Source: Octopus sinensis
Taxonomy: Eukaryota
Length of the DNA stretch: 64,000 nt
Direction of reading: 5' to 3'
NCBI RefSeq assembly: GCF_006345805.1
Contig: NC_042999.1
Coordinates: 72,478,001-72,542,000, forward strand
Numbering within the stretch: the stretch's first letter is position 1; the number at the start of each line of letters is the position of its first letter. This document shows positions 40,256 through 51,678 of this stretch, piece after piece. The notes beneath the pieces are model-generated. The model saw only the letters and a program-made list of their open reading frames with translations, searched no databases and had not been told where the DNA came from. The translations under genes were made by a program, and so were the position numbers.

Positions 40256-43200
40256 TAAATCTTTATTATGATTATAAAAATCTTACAGAGATAGTACATT
40301 ACAATACAAAACATAATTACAAAATGTTTACGTTGTTCGTTTGATATTTACATATGTTGATTATTGATTATGATACTAGACTTTACTTTTCTCCTTTTTT
40401 TTTAAATTAAAAATGATTTTGGCCAGCTAGGTATATCACAGTCAGGATTCTTACCCGACAGCCTAAGAGCCCAGAGACTATTTTCTCCCTTCATGATGAC
40501 CAAGCAGGGTTACTCACAACCCACCTTTTTTATCACATCCTTCCATCGATTCACATACTTTTTCTGTGTCAGGTTCCTCTTCTCTAAATCCATCTTGCTC
40601 TTTAGATGGTATCTGAAGTATTTTAACATACCATATCCAGAGACAAAGGTTCCTGACACCAAACCTTCCAATCTAGTTCTCCACACACACTCTTTCAGTA
40701 CTGCCACCGTACAGTGAAAACAAGCCTCACCTTCCTTTGAGAGTCCAGCTGGCGGTATCATCTTTATTATAGAACCAGCCGATAGCTGTACTCGTCCCAG
40801 ATGCGACAACACGTGTTCTACGTAACTTATTAAGCCTGACAGCTCCTGACAATGTACAAAAGCGTGCTGGACGGTTTCATCGTCCAACCCACATCTTGGA
40901 CATGTCGGTGGCACTGACATTCCATGCCTATATAACTTATCGCGAACAGGTAGAGCATTCCTATAGCACTGCCAAGTCAGGGATTTTTGGTAATGTCCAA
41001 ATACCCCGGCTTGAAAGTCTTCTTAAACAGGTCGGATAGTTGATCCTCATCGAACCCCAGAGCCCCTCTTAGGACGTCGTCATTTTTTGCCTCTACCATC
41101 CTTCTATAAAATGTCGAGGTGGTATTCCCGCAGCCGGCTTTGCCTATCTTGTGGATCAGCCAGAGTGCCTGTCGGCACTCTTTCTGCCATAAAGTCAGGT
41201 TCCGTCTTTTAATGAAACCGGGTTTAAATCTCTCCATAGAGTCCGGTTGCGGGAAGAAATTATCTGCCAGCGGACTCCACACCTTATCACCTTCCAGGTG
41301 AAACCAGAGATGTCTCAGTCTCAGCGCATGCCTGCGCATCATTAACCAAGGCATCCCCAGCCCACCCTTTAGTGGTTCCTGGCAACACACGGAGCGCCTT
41401 ACAAGTGGCTTTCCTCCCTTCCACAAAAAGCGGAAAAGGAGTCGATCCAACTTGCTTAGCCACAAATCGGGGCAAGGCACGACAGTCAGGCGATAGGTGA
41501 TTACAGATGCTATAAACACCTGTACCACCTCCGCCCTCCCTTTCAAGGAAAGATGCCTTCCGGACCACTCCCGAACTATGGCTTCTACCTTGGTCACTAC
41601 CTCGCTCCAATTTTTCTCCGTCTGGGAGTCTGAACCAAACCAAACTCCAAGCAATTTAACAGGACCATCTGTCCAGTGTCCAACAACACTGGACGATATC
41701 GGCTTGTTCCTCCAGGTGCCGAGGCGCAAACCAGTGGACTTGTCCTTGTTAACTTTTGCCCCAGCCACCGCTTCGTATCTTCGGAGAGCACCTTCTACAC
41801 GAGTTAGTTGTGCTTCGTTGGACACGATGAAGGTGACGTCATCCGCATACGCAGAAACAGACTTACCGCATCCGATTTCATTAGGATTGCATCTCACCGT
41901 CTCCAACTTCCGCAGCAATGGCTCAAGAGCCAAAACGTACAGGAGAGGGGACAAGGGACATCCTTGACGAACTGAACGCTTAATCGAAAACGGTTCCGTT
42001 AAGTAACCGTTTATCTGGACTGTGGACTTGATACCGCTGTACATAGCTGATATCCACCCGCGAAAGTCAGGACCTAGCCCAGCCGCTTCGAGAACCGTCG
42101 CCAGGTACTGATGATCACCCTATCAAATGCTTTACTTTGGTCTAAATGGACCAATGCCCCTCCTTTGCCGGCTAATTGCCCAACCCTGTCTATAGTGTAG
42201 CGTAGAAGGTGAAGATTATCTTCGATCGACCTGCCTGGGATTGCACATGTCTGTGCCTTTCCGACAAGTTTTTCCATGACGACCTTCAACCTTTCTGCTA
42301 ACACCTTGGCCAAAATCTTTAACTCTACATTAAGTAGAGTTATGGGCCTATAATTACTAATATTATCCCCCTTGCTCGGGTCTTTCTGGATCAGCGTCAC
42401 AACTCCCCGGCTCACAGAACTGGGAATCCTCCCATTCTGTTGCCAGTTTGCGTAGACGCTTGCCAGTATGTCCCCGAACAAGTCCGGCATACAACAATAA
42501 AACTCATAGGGCAGACCATCCAGTCCCGGCGACTTTTCCCGGGCGCATTCAGCCAAAACCCCTCTTACCTCCGCGGGAGTAATCGGTCCTTCACAGCGTT
42601 CCGCTCTGCTTGGCGAGAGCCGAGGCCCACCAGCTAGGAAGTTCTGTAAGTCCTCCCCTCGCTCGAGTGGATCGCCCTCCCCAAACAACCGAGCGAAATG
42701 CTTTTGAAAGACCTTCTGTATCTCCTCCTGTCCATAGATTTTGCGTCCCTGTTCGTCAGTTAAAGACTTAATAGAGGACTTTTTGCCCTTCTGACTCTCC
42801 ACACGACGTGCCCATCCGGCAACATTAATACCTTCTCGTTTCACTGCACGTAGCTTAGCTCTGACTCTACATCCTTCATGCTTGGCATTGAGGTGACGGT
42901 ACAAGATCGTTCTCTCTGCTAACACTCTAGGTGCACAGCCAGATCCCATTGCCTCGTCTAAGTTCTTAACTAAATCGCCCTCTATTCTAGTCCTATCTAA
43001 ACTTAGCTGGTTGCTAAATCTAATGGACTCCAAACGGATGGCTCTTTTGAGGGCGATCCACCATCTATTATTAATGATGGTTCCACATAATGCCCTCTGG
43101 ACTAATTCCATAATCCGGTTACGGAAAGCTTCACAAGCCAAAATAGACTTGTTCATTTTCCAGTATCCGGGTCCCTGTCTATGGCATTTATCTACATGTA

Positions 43201-45602
43201 CCTCACACGTCACTAATTTGTGATCCGTGTAAGGCACAATACAAAATTGTGGACAGCTAATGCTATTCCTATCTCGTTCTTTAACAAATACCCTATCTAT
43301 ATACGATCTGCGTGAGCCGTCATTGTTACTCCACGTCCACTGTGGAATGCTCGGCTCATCCATTCGAAACCGATCTACTAGATTAAAGCTCGTCAGTAGA
43401 CCCTTAAGGCAAGGATTCCCCCTTCTATCAGACGAGCCCACACTATCTATCCGCGCATCGATGATAGTGTTGAAATCCCCTACCAATACTACCGTTTTAG
43501 ACGTCACTAGAAAGTGCTCCAAGTTCCGATAAAAACCAGTCTGCCTACCCTCATTAGGAGCATAAACAGCTACCAACCTGAAGGACTGCTTACTTACGTG
43601 AGTTACATCGAGGACAACCAGCCTACCTTCTGGGTCCATAAAGACAGTACTTACCTGTAAGTCCAAGTTCTTCCTGATAAGGACTGCCACGCCTGCACTT
43701 CCTCCTCGGCTAGGAGAAATAAATTTCTCGTAACCATTGAGAAGATGCGAGAACGCTTGGGTTCCTCTCATCTTGGACTCGGTGACAATGGCTACATCTA
43801 TTCTGTGTGTCCTGAGGTCGTCCAGCAAGCAAGCCTGTTTCCATTTCGACCCCATTCCACGCACATTTATACAGCCCAACTTAATCATCGATGAATGAAG
43901 AAAGTTTGTTACTTACGGTTGTGAGAGGGAGCATGGCAGCTTTTGTCTGCCTGCTTCCCCCACACTCTCCGTTGTTGCTGGGCATTTAACCGGCGTTGCC
44001 ACCGGGCTCTGGGATGGAGTGGCTGCCGGGCTAATATTCAATTTTCCAGCTATCACCTCTTGTGTGACATCTTTAATCAGGTTGTCCTCACGTGTAGTTG
44101 GGAGTCTCTCCTTCCATTCCTCCTCTCCAACCTTCGCATACCTCCAATCCGGGTTTTTTCCGATGATTTGAAACATTTTATGTTTGGGTTCGCCTTTATG
44201 TACCAAACTACTCTCTCGTTTTTTGTGTTATAAGCAATGCACCTATCGGTTTTTTTGAATCCTTTTAAAGTTGGGGACTGGGGTTTAATGAAATGCTGGC
44301 CTACAAAAGTAGTGCCAGCGGGGTGGGATTGGATAATTTTTTTGTGTTGTTCTGCGTTTGTTTTTCTTTTTGTTTGGGGTGGGGAGTCCGGGGTATTGGA
44401 TTTCTTCCTTTTGTTGGTTACAGTCGTATATTCCATTACTTCCAGTTCTTTTCCATTTGATAAAATATTTTCCACCTCGTTTTCGTTTTCGCTTTGTTTT
44501 CCATTCATTTTCTTTTCCTCCTTTTGACTTTCATTTTGCTTTTTCCGGGTATTCTCTTTTGTTGTTGCTGTGATGTCTGCTTTGTTCTCCACAGCGGTTT
44601 GAATGGGGGCATTAACGGGTTTTTTCTTTTTGCACTCTGAGCGGACGTGACCCTTCTGCCCACATTTGAAACATCTGGGCCTACGTCCCTCACCGATACC
44701 CGCGCAGTGTGTCCATCCCCCACGAAGACCCTGTCTGGCAAACTCTCCAGCGTTGCATTGTCAGCTTGAACGATCATTTCAAGCTGCTGACCTTTCCAAA
44801 ATTTTGCCTCTTTCATCCTCATGTTTAAAATGTTTAATTTCTCTTCTACGTCGAATACGACCGCTGTTGCTGCCCACATTACATCGTAACCTGTTGGTAT
44901 ATCCTCTATTGTTATCTTAGCTGTTCTGCGCCCTAAGTACGTGGGCAGCAACAGGATGTCTGCACTCTTCAACGTTTGAGTTGAAATTTCCTTCGCTATG
45001 CTAGCCGACTCGAAATGCGCTTCAATAGTAGCGCTTCTCACTCCTCGGCCAACATAGCGAACCTTGTTCCAAATTGGTGCCATGCACCGTTCTACCAATT
45101 CATTTCTTACATCTGCAATCTTTTTTTCCTTAATATATATACCTTATAAATTACCGTCTTCTCACGGATTGCTTGTAAGGTGTCAGGGGGCGGTATTATT
45201 CTCGTTTCTTCTCCATTCCTTTGTATGAACTTTCTGAACTTGAAGAGATCCTCCATTGTTACTTCCAGTTCTATAACATTGCCTCCAACGGCTTCCGAAA
45301 AACTTTGTTTCTCCTTTGTATCCTTTTGCTTTATAACTTCTCCCATCTCGGGAAAATCAGAATTTGACGTTAAGTCAAGATCCATAATAAAATGCAAGTG
45401 ACTTGTCACAAGAGACAAGATAAAAATCAAATCCACACTGAATTAAAGTTCATATATAAAAAGAAATTTTCTACCCCGAAGGGCGAAAATTACTTTGTTT
45501 CACAAGTTAATACTCCAAAAATTGTACGTGTAAATCCAGAACAGAACGAACTAACATAACAGCTTACAGCGTAAAATAATCCGACGTAATCCAAGGAAAA
45601 AT
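40256..45602 (-). mobile_element. Tx1/L1-clade LINE copy 4 (ORF1 ~43913-45385, ORF2 ~40491-43888)
   Basis: Same domains; 17-bp repeats at 40239-40255 and 45603-45619. Confidence 0.95.
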
Positions 45603-45891
45603 CAGTAGGTGTCGCTTCCGACAATCTCTGTTCGATGGTTTTATTTACCTAGTTTCGGTGGAATACATCCACTTGTTTTCAATAATAGAAATATTAAAAT
45701 AACTAAGTCTCTCTAAAAGAGAACAGCGGCAGCGTTCCCGGAAAATAATAGTTATCGCCATACTAATATGGCATTCTTATAAAAATAAGAAAAAAGCTGT
45801 CCGCTTATTAGCTCCATGAGGCCATCGCCTTAAGTTAGCTATTTGATACACAAACTGTATCTATATAACCTTCGACACCTACGGCTGGCAC

Positions 45892-45932
45892 GCTGCATGA
45901 AAAAGGGCAATACTCCGAAACGCGTCTGTAGC
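45892..45932 (+). ncRNA. Hammerhead ribozyme copy at the inversion junction, core apparently damaged
   Basis: GCTGCA TGAAAAA GGG CAATA CTCC GAAA CGCG TC TGTAGC; one base shorter than the consensus. Confidence 0.5.
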
Positions 45933-46457
45933 TGCCGGTCAAGTAGTGTGGAGCGACTGACCTCCTTGTTCGAAGGTTATATGGATACAGTTTGTGTATC
46001 AAATAGCTAACTTAAGGCGATGGCCTCATGGAGCTAATAAGCGGACAGCTTTTTTCTTATTTTTATAAGAATGCCATATTAGTATGGCGATAACTATTAT
46101 TTTCCGGGAACGCTGCCGCTGTTCTCTTTTAGAGAGACTTCGTTATTTTAATATTTCTATTATTGAAAACAAGTGGATGTATTCCACCGAAACTAGGTAA
46201 ATAAAACCATCGAACAGAGATTGTCGGAAGCGACACCTACTGATTTTCCTTGGATTACGTCGGATTATTTTACGCTGTAAGCTGTTATGTTAGTTCGTCT
46301 GTTCTGGATTTACACGTACAATTTTTGGAGTATTAACTTGTGAAACAAAGTAATTTTCGCCCTTCGGGGTAGAAAATTTCTTTTTATATATGAACTTTAA
46401 TTCAGTGTGGATTTGATTTTTATCTTGTCTCTTGTGACAAGTCACTTGCATTTTATT

Positions 46458-47936
46458 ATGGATCTTGACTTAACGTCAAATTCTGATTTTCCCGAGATGG
46501 GAGAAGTTATAAAGCAAAAGGATACAAAGGAGAAACAAAGTTTTTCGGAAGCCGTTGGAGGCAATGTTATAGAACTGGAAGTAACAATGGAGGATCTCTT
46601 CAAGTTCAGAAAGTTCATACAAAGGAATGGAGAAGAAACGAGAATAATACCGCCCCCTGACACCTTACAAGCAATCCGTGAGAAGACGGTAATTTATAAG
46701 GTATATAATATTAAGGAAAAAAAGATTGCAGATGTAAGAAATGAATTGGTAGAACGGTGCATGGCACCAATTTGGAACAAGGTTCGCTATGTTGGCCGAG
46801 GAGTGAGAAGCGCTACTATTGAAGCGCATTTCGAGTCGGCTAGCATAGCGAAGGAAATTTCAACTCAAACGTTGAAGAGTGCAGACATCCTGTTGCTGCC
46901 CACGTACTTAGGGCGCAGAACAGCTAAGATAACAATAGAGGATATACCAACAGGTTACGATGTAATGTGGGCAGCAACAGCGGTCGTATTCGACGTAGAA
47001 GAGAAATTAAACATTTTAAACATGAGGATGAAAGAGGCAAAATTTTGGAAAGGTCAGCAGCTTGAAATGATCGTTCAAGCTGACAATGCAACGCTGGAGA
47101 GTTTGCCAGACAGGGTCTTCGTGGGGGATGGACACACTGCGCGGGTATCGGTTGAGGGACGTAGGCCCAGATGTTTCAAATGTGGGCAGAAGGGTCACGT
47201 CCGCTCAGAGTGCAAAAAGAAAAAACCCGTTAATGCCCCCATTCAAACCGCTGTGGAGAACAAAGCAGACATCACAGCAACAACAAAAGAGAATACCCGG
47301 AAAAAGCAAAATGAAAGTCAAAAGGAGGAAAAGAAAATGAATGGAAAACAAAGCGAAAACGAAAACGAGGTGGAAAATATTTTATCAAATGGAAAAGAAC
47401 TGGAAGTAATGGAATATACGACTGTAACCAACAAAAGGAAGAAATCCAATACCCCGGACTCCCCACCCCAAACAAAAAGAAAAACAAACGCAGAACAACA
47501 CAAAAAAATTATCCAATCCCACCCCGCTGGCACTACTTTTGTAGGCCAGCATTTCATTAAACCCCAGTCCCCAACTTTAAAAGGATTCAAAAAAACCGAT
47601 AGGTGCATTGCTTATAACACAAAAAACGAGAGAGTAGTTTGGTACATAAAGGCGAAACCAAACATAAAATGTTTCAAATCATCGGAAAAAAACCCGGATT
47701 GGAGGTATGCGAAGGTTGGAGAGGAGGAATGGAAGGAGAGACTCTTCCAACTACACGTGAGGGACAACCTGATTAAAGATGTCACACAAGAGGTGATAGC
47801 TGGAAAATTGAATATTAGCCCGGCAGCCACTCCATCCCAGAGCCCGGTGGCAACGCCGGTTAAATGCCCAGCAACAACGGAGAGTGTGGGGGAAGCAGGC
47901 AGACAAAAGCTGCCATGCTCCCTCTCACAACCGTAA
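46458..47936 (+). CDS. LINE ORF1 nucleic-acid-binding protein with CCHC zinc knuckle
   Basis: Open 492-aa frame from the ATG at 46458 (the track starts at an upstream GTG, 46407). CFKCGQKGHVRSEC knuckle followed by a Lys/Glu-rich low-complexity tail, typical of Tx1-type ORF1. Confidence 0.9.
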   Translation: MDLDLTSNSDFPEMGEVIKQKDTKEKQSFSEAVGGNVIELEVTMEDLFKFRKFIQRNGEETRIIPPPDTLQAIREKTVIYKVYNIKEKKIADVRNELVERCMAPIWNKVRYVGRGVRSATIEAHFESASIAKEISTQTLKSADILLLPTYLGRRTAKITIEDIPTGYDVMWAATAVVFDVEEKLNILNMRMKEAKFWKGQQLEMIVQADNATLESLPDRVFVGDGHTARVSVEGRRPRCFKCGQKGHVRSECKKKKPVNAPIQTAVENKADITATTKENTRKKQNESQKEEKKMNGKQSENENEVENILSNGKELEVMEYTTVTNKRKKSNTPDSPPQTKRKTNAEQHKKIIQSHPAGTTFVGQHFIKPQSPTLKGFKKTDRCIAYNTKNERVVWYIKAKPNIKCFKSSEKNPDWRYAKVGEEEWKERLFQLHVRDNLIKDVTQEVIAGKLNISPAATPSQSPVATPVKCPATTESVGEAGRQKLPCSLSQP

Positions 47937-47960
47937 GTAACAAACTTTCTTCATTCATCG

Positions 47961-50900
47961 ATGATTAAGTTGGGCTGTATAAATGTGCGTGGAATGGGGT
48001 CGAAATGGAAACAGGCTTGCTTGCTGGACGACCTCAGGACACACAGAATAGATGTAGCCATTGTCACCGAGTCCAAGATGAGAGGAACCCAAGCGTTCTC
48101 GCATCTTCTCAATGGTTACGAGAAATTTATTTCTCCTAGCCGAGGAGGAAGTGCAGGCGTGGCAGTCCTTATCAGGAAGAACTTGGACTTACAGGTAAGT
48201 ACTGTCTTTATGGACCCAGAAGGTAGGCTGGTTGTCCTCGATGTAACTCACGTAAGTAAGCAGTCCTTCAGGTTGGTAGCTGTTTATGCTCCTAATGAGG
48301 GTAGGCAGACTGGTTTTTATCGGAACTTGGAGCACTTTCTAGTGACGTCTAAAACGGTAGTATTGGTAGGGGATTTCAACACTATCATCGATGCGCGGAT
48401 AGATAGTGTGGGCTCGTCTGATAGAAGGGGGAATCCTTGCCTTAAGGGTCTACTGACGAGCTTTAATCTAGTAGATCGGTTTCGAATGGATGAGCCGAGC
48501 ATTCCACAGTGGACGTGGAGTAACAATGACGGCTCACGCAGATCGTATATAGATAGGGTATTTGTTAAAGAACGAGATAGGAATAGCATTAGCTGTCCAC
48601 AATTTTGTATTGTGCCTTACACGGATCACAAATTAGTGACGTGTGAGGTACATGTAGATAAATGCCATAGACAGGGACCCGGATACTGGAAAATGAACAA
48701 GTCTATTTTGGCTTGTGAAGCTTTCCGTAACCGGATTATGGAATTAGTCCAGAGGGCATTATGTGGAACCATCATTAATAATAGATGGTGGATCGCCCTC
48801 AAAAGAGCCATCCGTTTGGAGTCCATTAGATTTAGCAACCAGCTAAGTTTAGATAGGACTAGAATAGAGGGCGATTTAGTTAAGAACTTAGACGAGGCAA
48901 TGGGATCTGGCTGTGCATCTAGAGTGTTAGCAGAGAGAACGATCTTGTACCGTCACCTCAATGCCAAGCATGAAGGATGTAGAGTCAGAGCTAAGCTACG
49001 TGCAGTGAAACGAGAAGGTATTAATGTTGCCGGATGGGCACGTCGTGTGGAGAGTCAGAAGGGCAAAAAGTCCTCTATTAAGTCTTTAACTGACGAACAG
49101 GGACGCAAAATCTATGGACAGGAGGAGATACAGAAGGTCTTTCAACAGCATTTCGCTCGGTTGTTTGGGGAGGGCGATCCACTCGAGCGAGGGGAGGACT
49201 TACAGAACTTCCTAGCTGGTGGGCCTCGGCTCTCGCCAAGCAGAGCGGAACGCTGTGAAGGACCGATTACTCCCGCGGAGGTAAGAGGGGTTTTGGCTGA
49301 ATGCGCCCGGGAAAAGTCGCCGGGACTGGATGGTCTGCCCTATGAGTTTTATTGTTGTATGCCGGACTTGTTCGGGGACATACTGGCAAGCGTCTACGCA
49401 AACTGGCAACAGAATGGGAGGATTCCCAGTTCTGTGAGCCGGGGAGTTGTGACGCTGATCCAGAAAGACCCGAGCAAGGGGGATAATATTAGTAATTATA
49501 GGCCCATAACTCTACTTAATGTAGAGTTAAAGATTTTGGCCAAGGTGTTAGCAGAAAGGTTGAAGGTCGTCATGGAAAAACTTGTCGGAAAGGCACAGAC
49601 ATGTGCAATCCCAGGCAGGTCGATCGAAGATAATCTTCACCTTCTACGCTACACTATAGACGGGGTTGGGCAATTAGCCGGCAAAGGAGGGGCATTGGTC
49701 CATTTAGACCAAAGTAAAGCATTTGATAGGGTAGATCATCAGTACCTGGCGACGGTTCTCGAAGCGGCTGGGCTAGGTCCTGACTTTCGCGGGTGGATAT
49801 CAGCTATGTACAGCGGTATCAAGTCCACAGTCCAGAAACGGTTACTTAACGGAACCGTTTTCGATTAAGCGTTCAGTTCGTCAAGGGTGTCCCTTGTCCC
49901 CTCTCCTGTACGTTTTGGCTCTTGAGCCATTGCTGCGGAAGTTGGAGACGGTGAGATGCAATCCTAATGAAATCGGATGCGGTAAGTCTGTTTCTGCGTA
50001 TGCGGATGACGTCACCTTCATCGTGTCCAACGAAGCACAACTAACTCGTGTAGAAGGTGCTCTCCGAAAATACGAAGCGGTGGCTGGGGCAAAAGTTAAC
50101 AAGGACAAGTCCACTGGTTTGCGCCTCGGCACCTGGAGGAACAAGCCGATATCGTCCAGTGTTGTTGGACACTGGACAGATGGTCCTGTTAAATTGCTTG
50201 GAGTTTGGTTTGGTTCAGACTCCCAGACGGAGAAAAATTGGAGCGAGGTAGTGACCAAGGTAGAAGCCATAGTTTGGGAGTGGTCCGGAAGGCATCTTTC
50301 CTTGAAAGGGAGGGCGGAGGTGGTACAGGTGTTTATAGCATCTGTAATCACCTATCGCCTGACTGTCGTGCCTTGCCCCGATTTGTGGCTAAGCAAGTTG
50401 GATCGACTCCTTTTCCGCTTTTTGTGGAAGGGAGGAAAGCCACTTGTAAGGCGCTCCGTGTGTTGCCAGGAACCACTAAAGGGTGGGCTGGGGATGCCTT
50501 GGTTAATGATGCGCAGGCATGCGCTGAGACTGAGACATCTCTGGTTTCACCTGGAAGGTGATAAGGTGTGGAGTCCGCTGGCAGATAATTTCTTCCCGCA
50601 ACCGGACTCTATGGAGAGATTTAAACCCGGTTTCATTAAAAGACGGAATCTGACTTTATGGCAGAAAGAGTGCCGACAGGCACTCTGGCTGATCCACAAG
50701 ATAGGCAAAGCCGGCTGCGGGAATACCACCTCGACATTTTATAGAAGGATGGTAGAGGCAAAAAATGACGACGTCCTAAGAGGGTCTCTGGGGTTCGATG
50801 AGGATCAACTATCCGACCTGTTTAAGAAGACTTTCAAGCCGGGGTATTTGGACAATTACCAAAAATCCCTGACTTGGCAGTGCTATAGGAATGCTCTACC

Positions 50901-51357
50901 TGTTCGCGATAAGTTATATAGGCATGGAATGTCAGTGCCACCGACATGTCCAAGATGTGGGTTGGACGATGAAACCGTCCAGCACGCTTTTGTACATTGT
51001 CAGGAGCTGTCAGGCTTAATAAGTTACGTAGAACACGTGTTGTCGCATCTGGGACGAGTACAGCTATCGGCTGGTTCTATAATAAAGATGATACCGCCAG
51101 CTGGACTCTCAAAGGAAGGTGAGGCTTGTTTTCACTGTACGGTGGCAGTACTGAAAGAGTGTGTGTGGAGAACTAGATTGGAAGGTTTGGTGTCAGGATC
51201 CTTTGTCTCTGGATACGGTATGTTAAAATACTTCAGATACCATCTAAAGAGCAAGATGGATTTAGAGAAGAGGAACCTGACACAGAAAAAGTATGTGAAT
51301 CGATGGAAGGATGTGATAAAAAAGGTGGGTGTGAGTAACCCTGCTTGGTCATCATGA
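47961..51357 (+). pseudogene. LINE ORF2 (APE endonuclease - reverse transcriptase - CCHC finger), one 2-bp deletion
   Basis: Motifs GCINVRG, TESK, YAPN, GDFN, SYIDR, TDH; KSPGLDG, YRPITLLN, DQSKAFDRV, QGCPLSP, YADD; CPRCGLDDETVQHAFVHC. The other copies read CAGATAAACGG where this one reads CAGAAACGG (~49836); restoring it gives ~1132 aa. Confidence 0.95.
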
Positions 51358-51607
51358 AGGGAGAAAATAGTCTCTGGGCTCTTAGGCTGTCGGGTAAGAA
51401 TCCTGACTGTGATATACCTAGCTGGCCAAAATCATTTTTAATTTAAAAAAAAAAAAAGGAGAAAAGTAAAGTCTAGTATCATAATCAATAATCAACATAT
51501 GTAAATATCAAACGAACAACGTAAACTTTTTGTAATTATGTTTTGTATTGTAATGTACTATCTCTGTAAGATTTTTATAATCATAATAAAGATTTAGGAA
51601 GCGACAC

Positions 51608-51678
51608 CTACTGGCTGGCTACGCTGCATTGAAAAGGGGCAATACTCCGAAACGCGTCTGTAGCTGCCGGTCAAGTAG
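51608..51678 (+). ncRNA. Type I hammerhead ribozyme with extended stem I, predicted cleavage after 51658 (GUC)
   Basis: Stem I GCTGCA(51623-28)/TGTAGC(51659-64); core TTGAAAA; stem II GGGG-CAATA-CTCC; GAAA; CGCG; TC. Beyond a TAC/T bulge, GGCTGGC/GCCGGTC and CTACT/AGTAG continue the helix. Confidence 0.85.

Larger units (their letters stand above)
46243..51596 (+). mobile_element. Tx1/L1-clade LINE copy 5 (most intact)
   Basis: Between GGAAGCGACACCTACTG at 46226-46242 and 51597-51613. AATAAA at 51585-51590 but no poly(A) tail. Confidence 0.95.

Noticed and set aside
46243-46400. HDV-like ribozyme at the LINE 5' end
   Set aside because: I could not build the nested double pseudoknot by eye; not supported, though not excluded computationally.
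24138-50729. Recurrent 60-156-aa antisense and alternate-frame ORFs in the array
   Set aside because: They recur only because the LINE is repeated; no domain signature.
51440-51460. A-run as the LINE poly(A) tail
   Set aside because: It lies ~140 bp inside a 3' UTR shared by all copies and has no matching TSD at the 5' end; the AATAAA plus 17-bp repeat is a better boundary.
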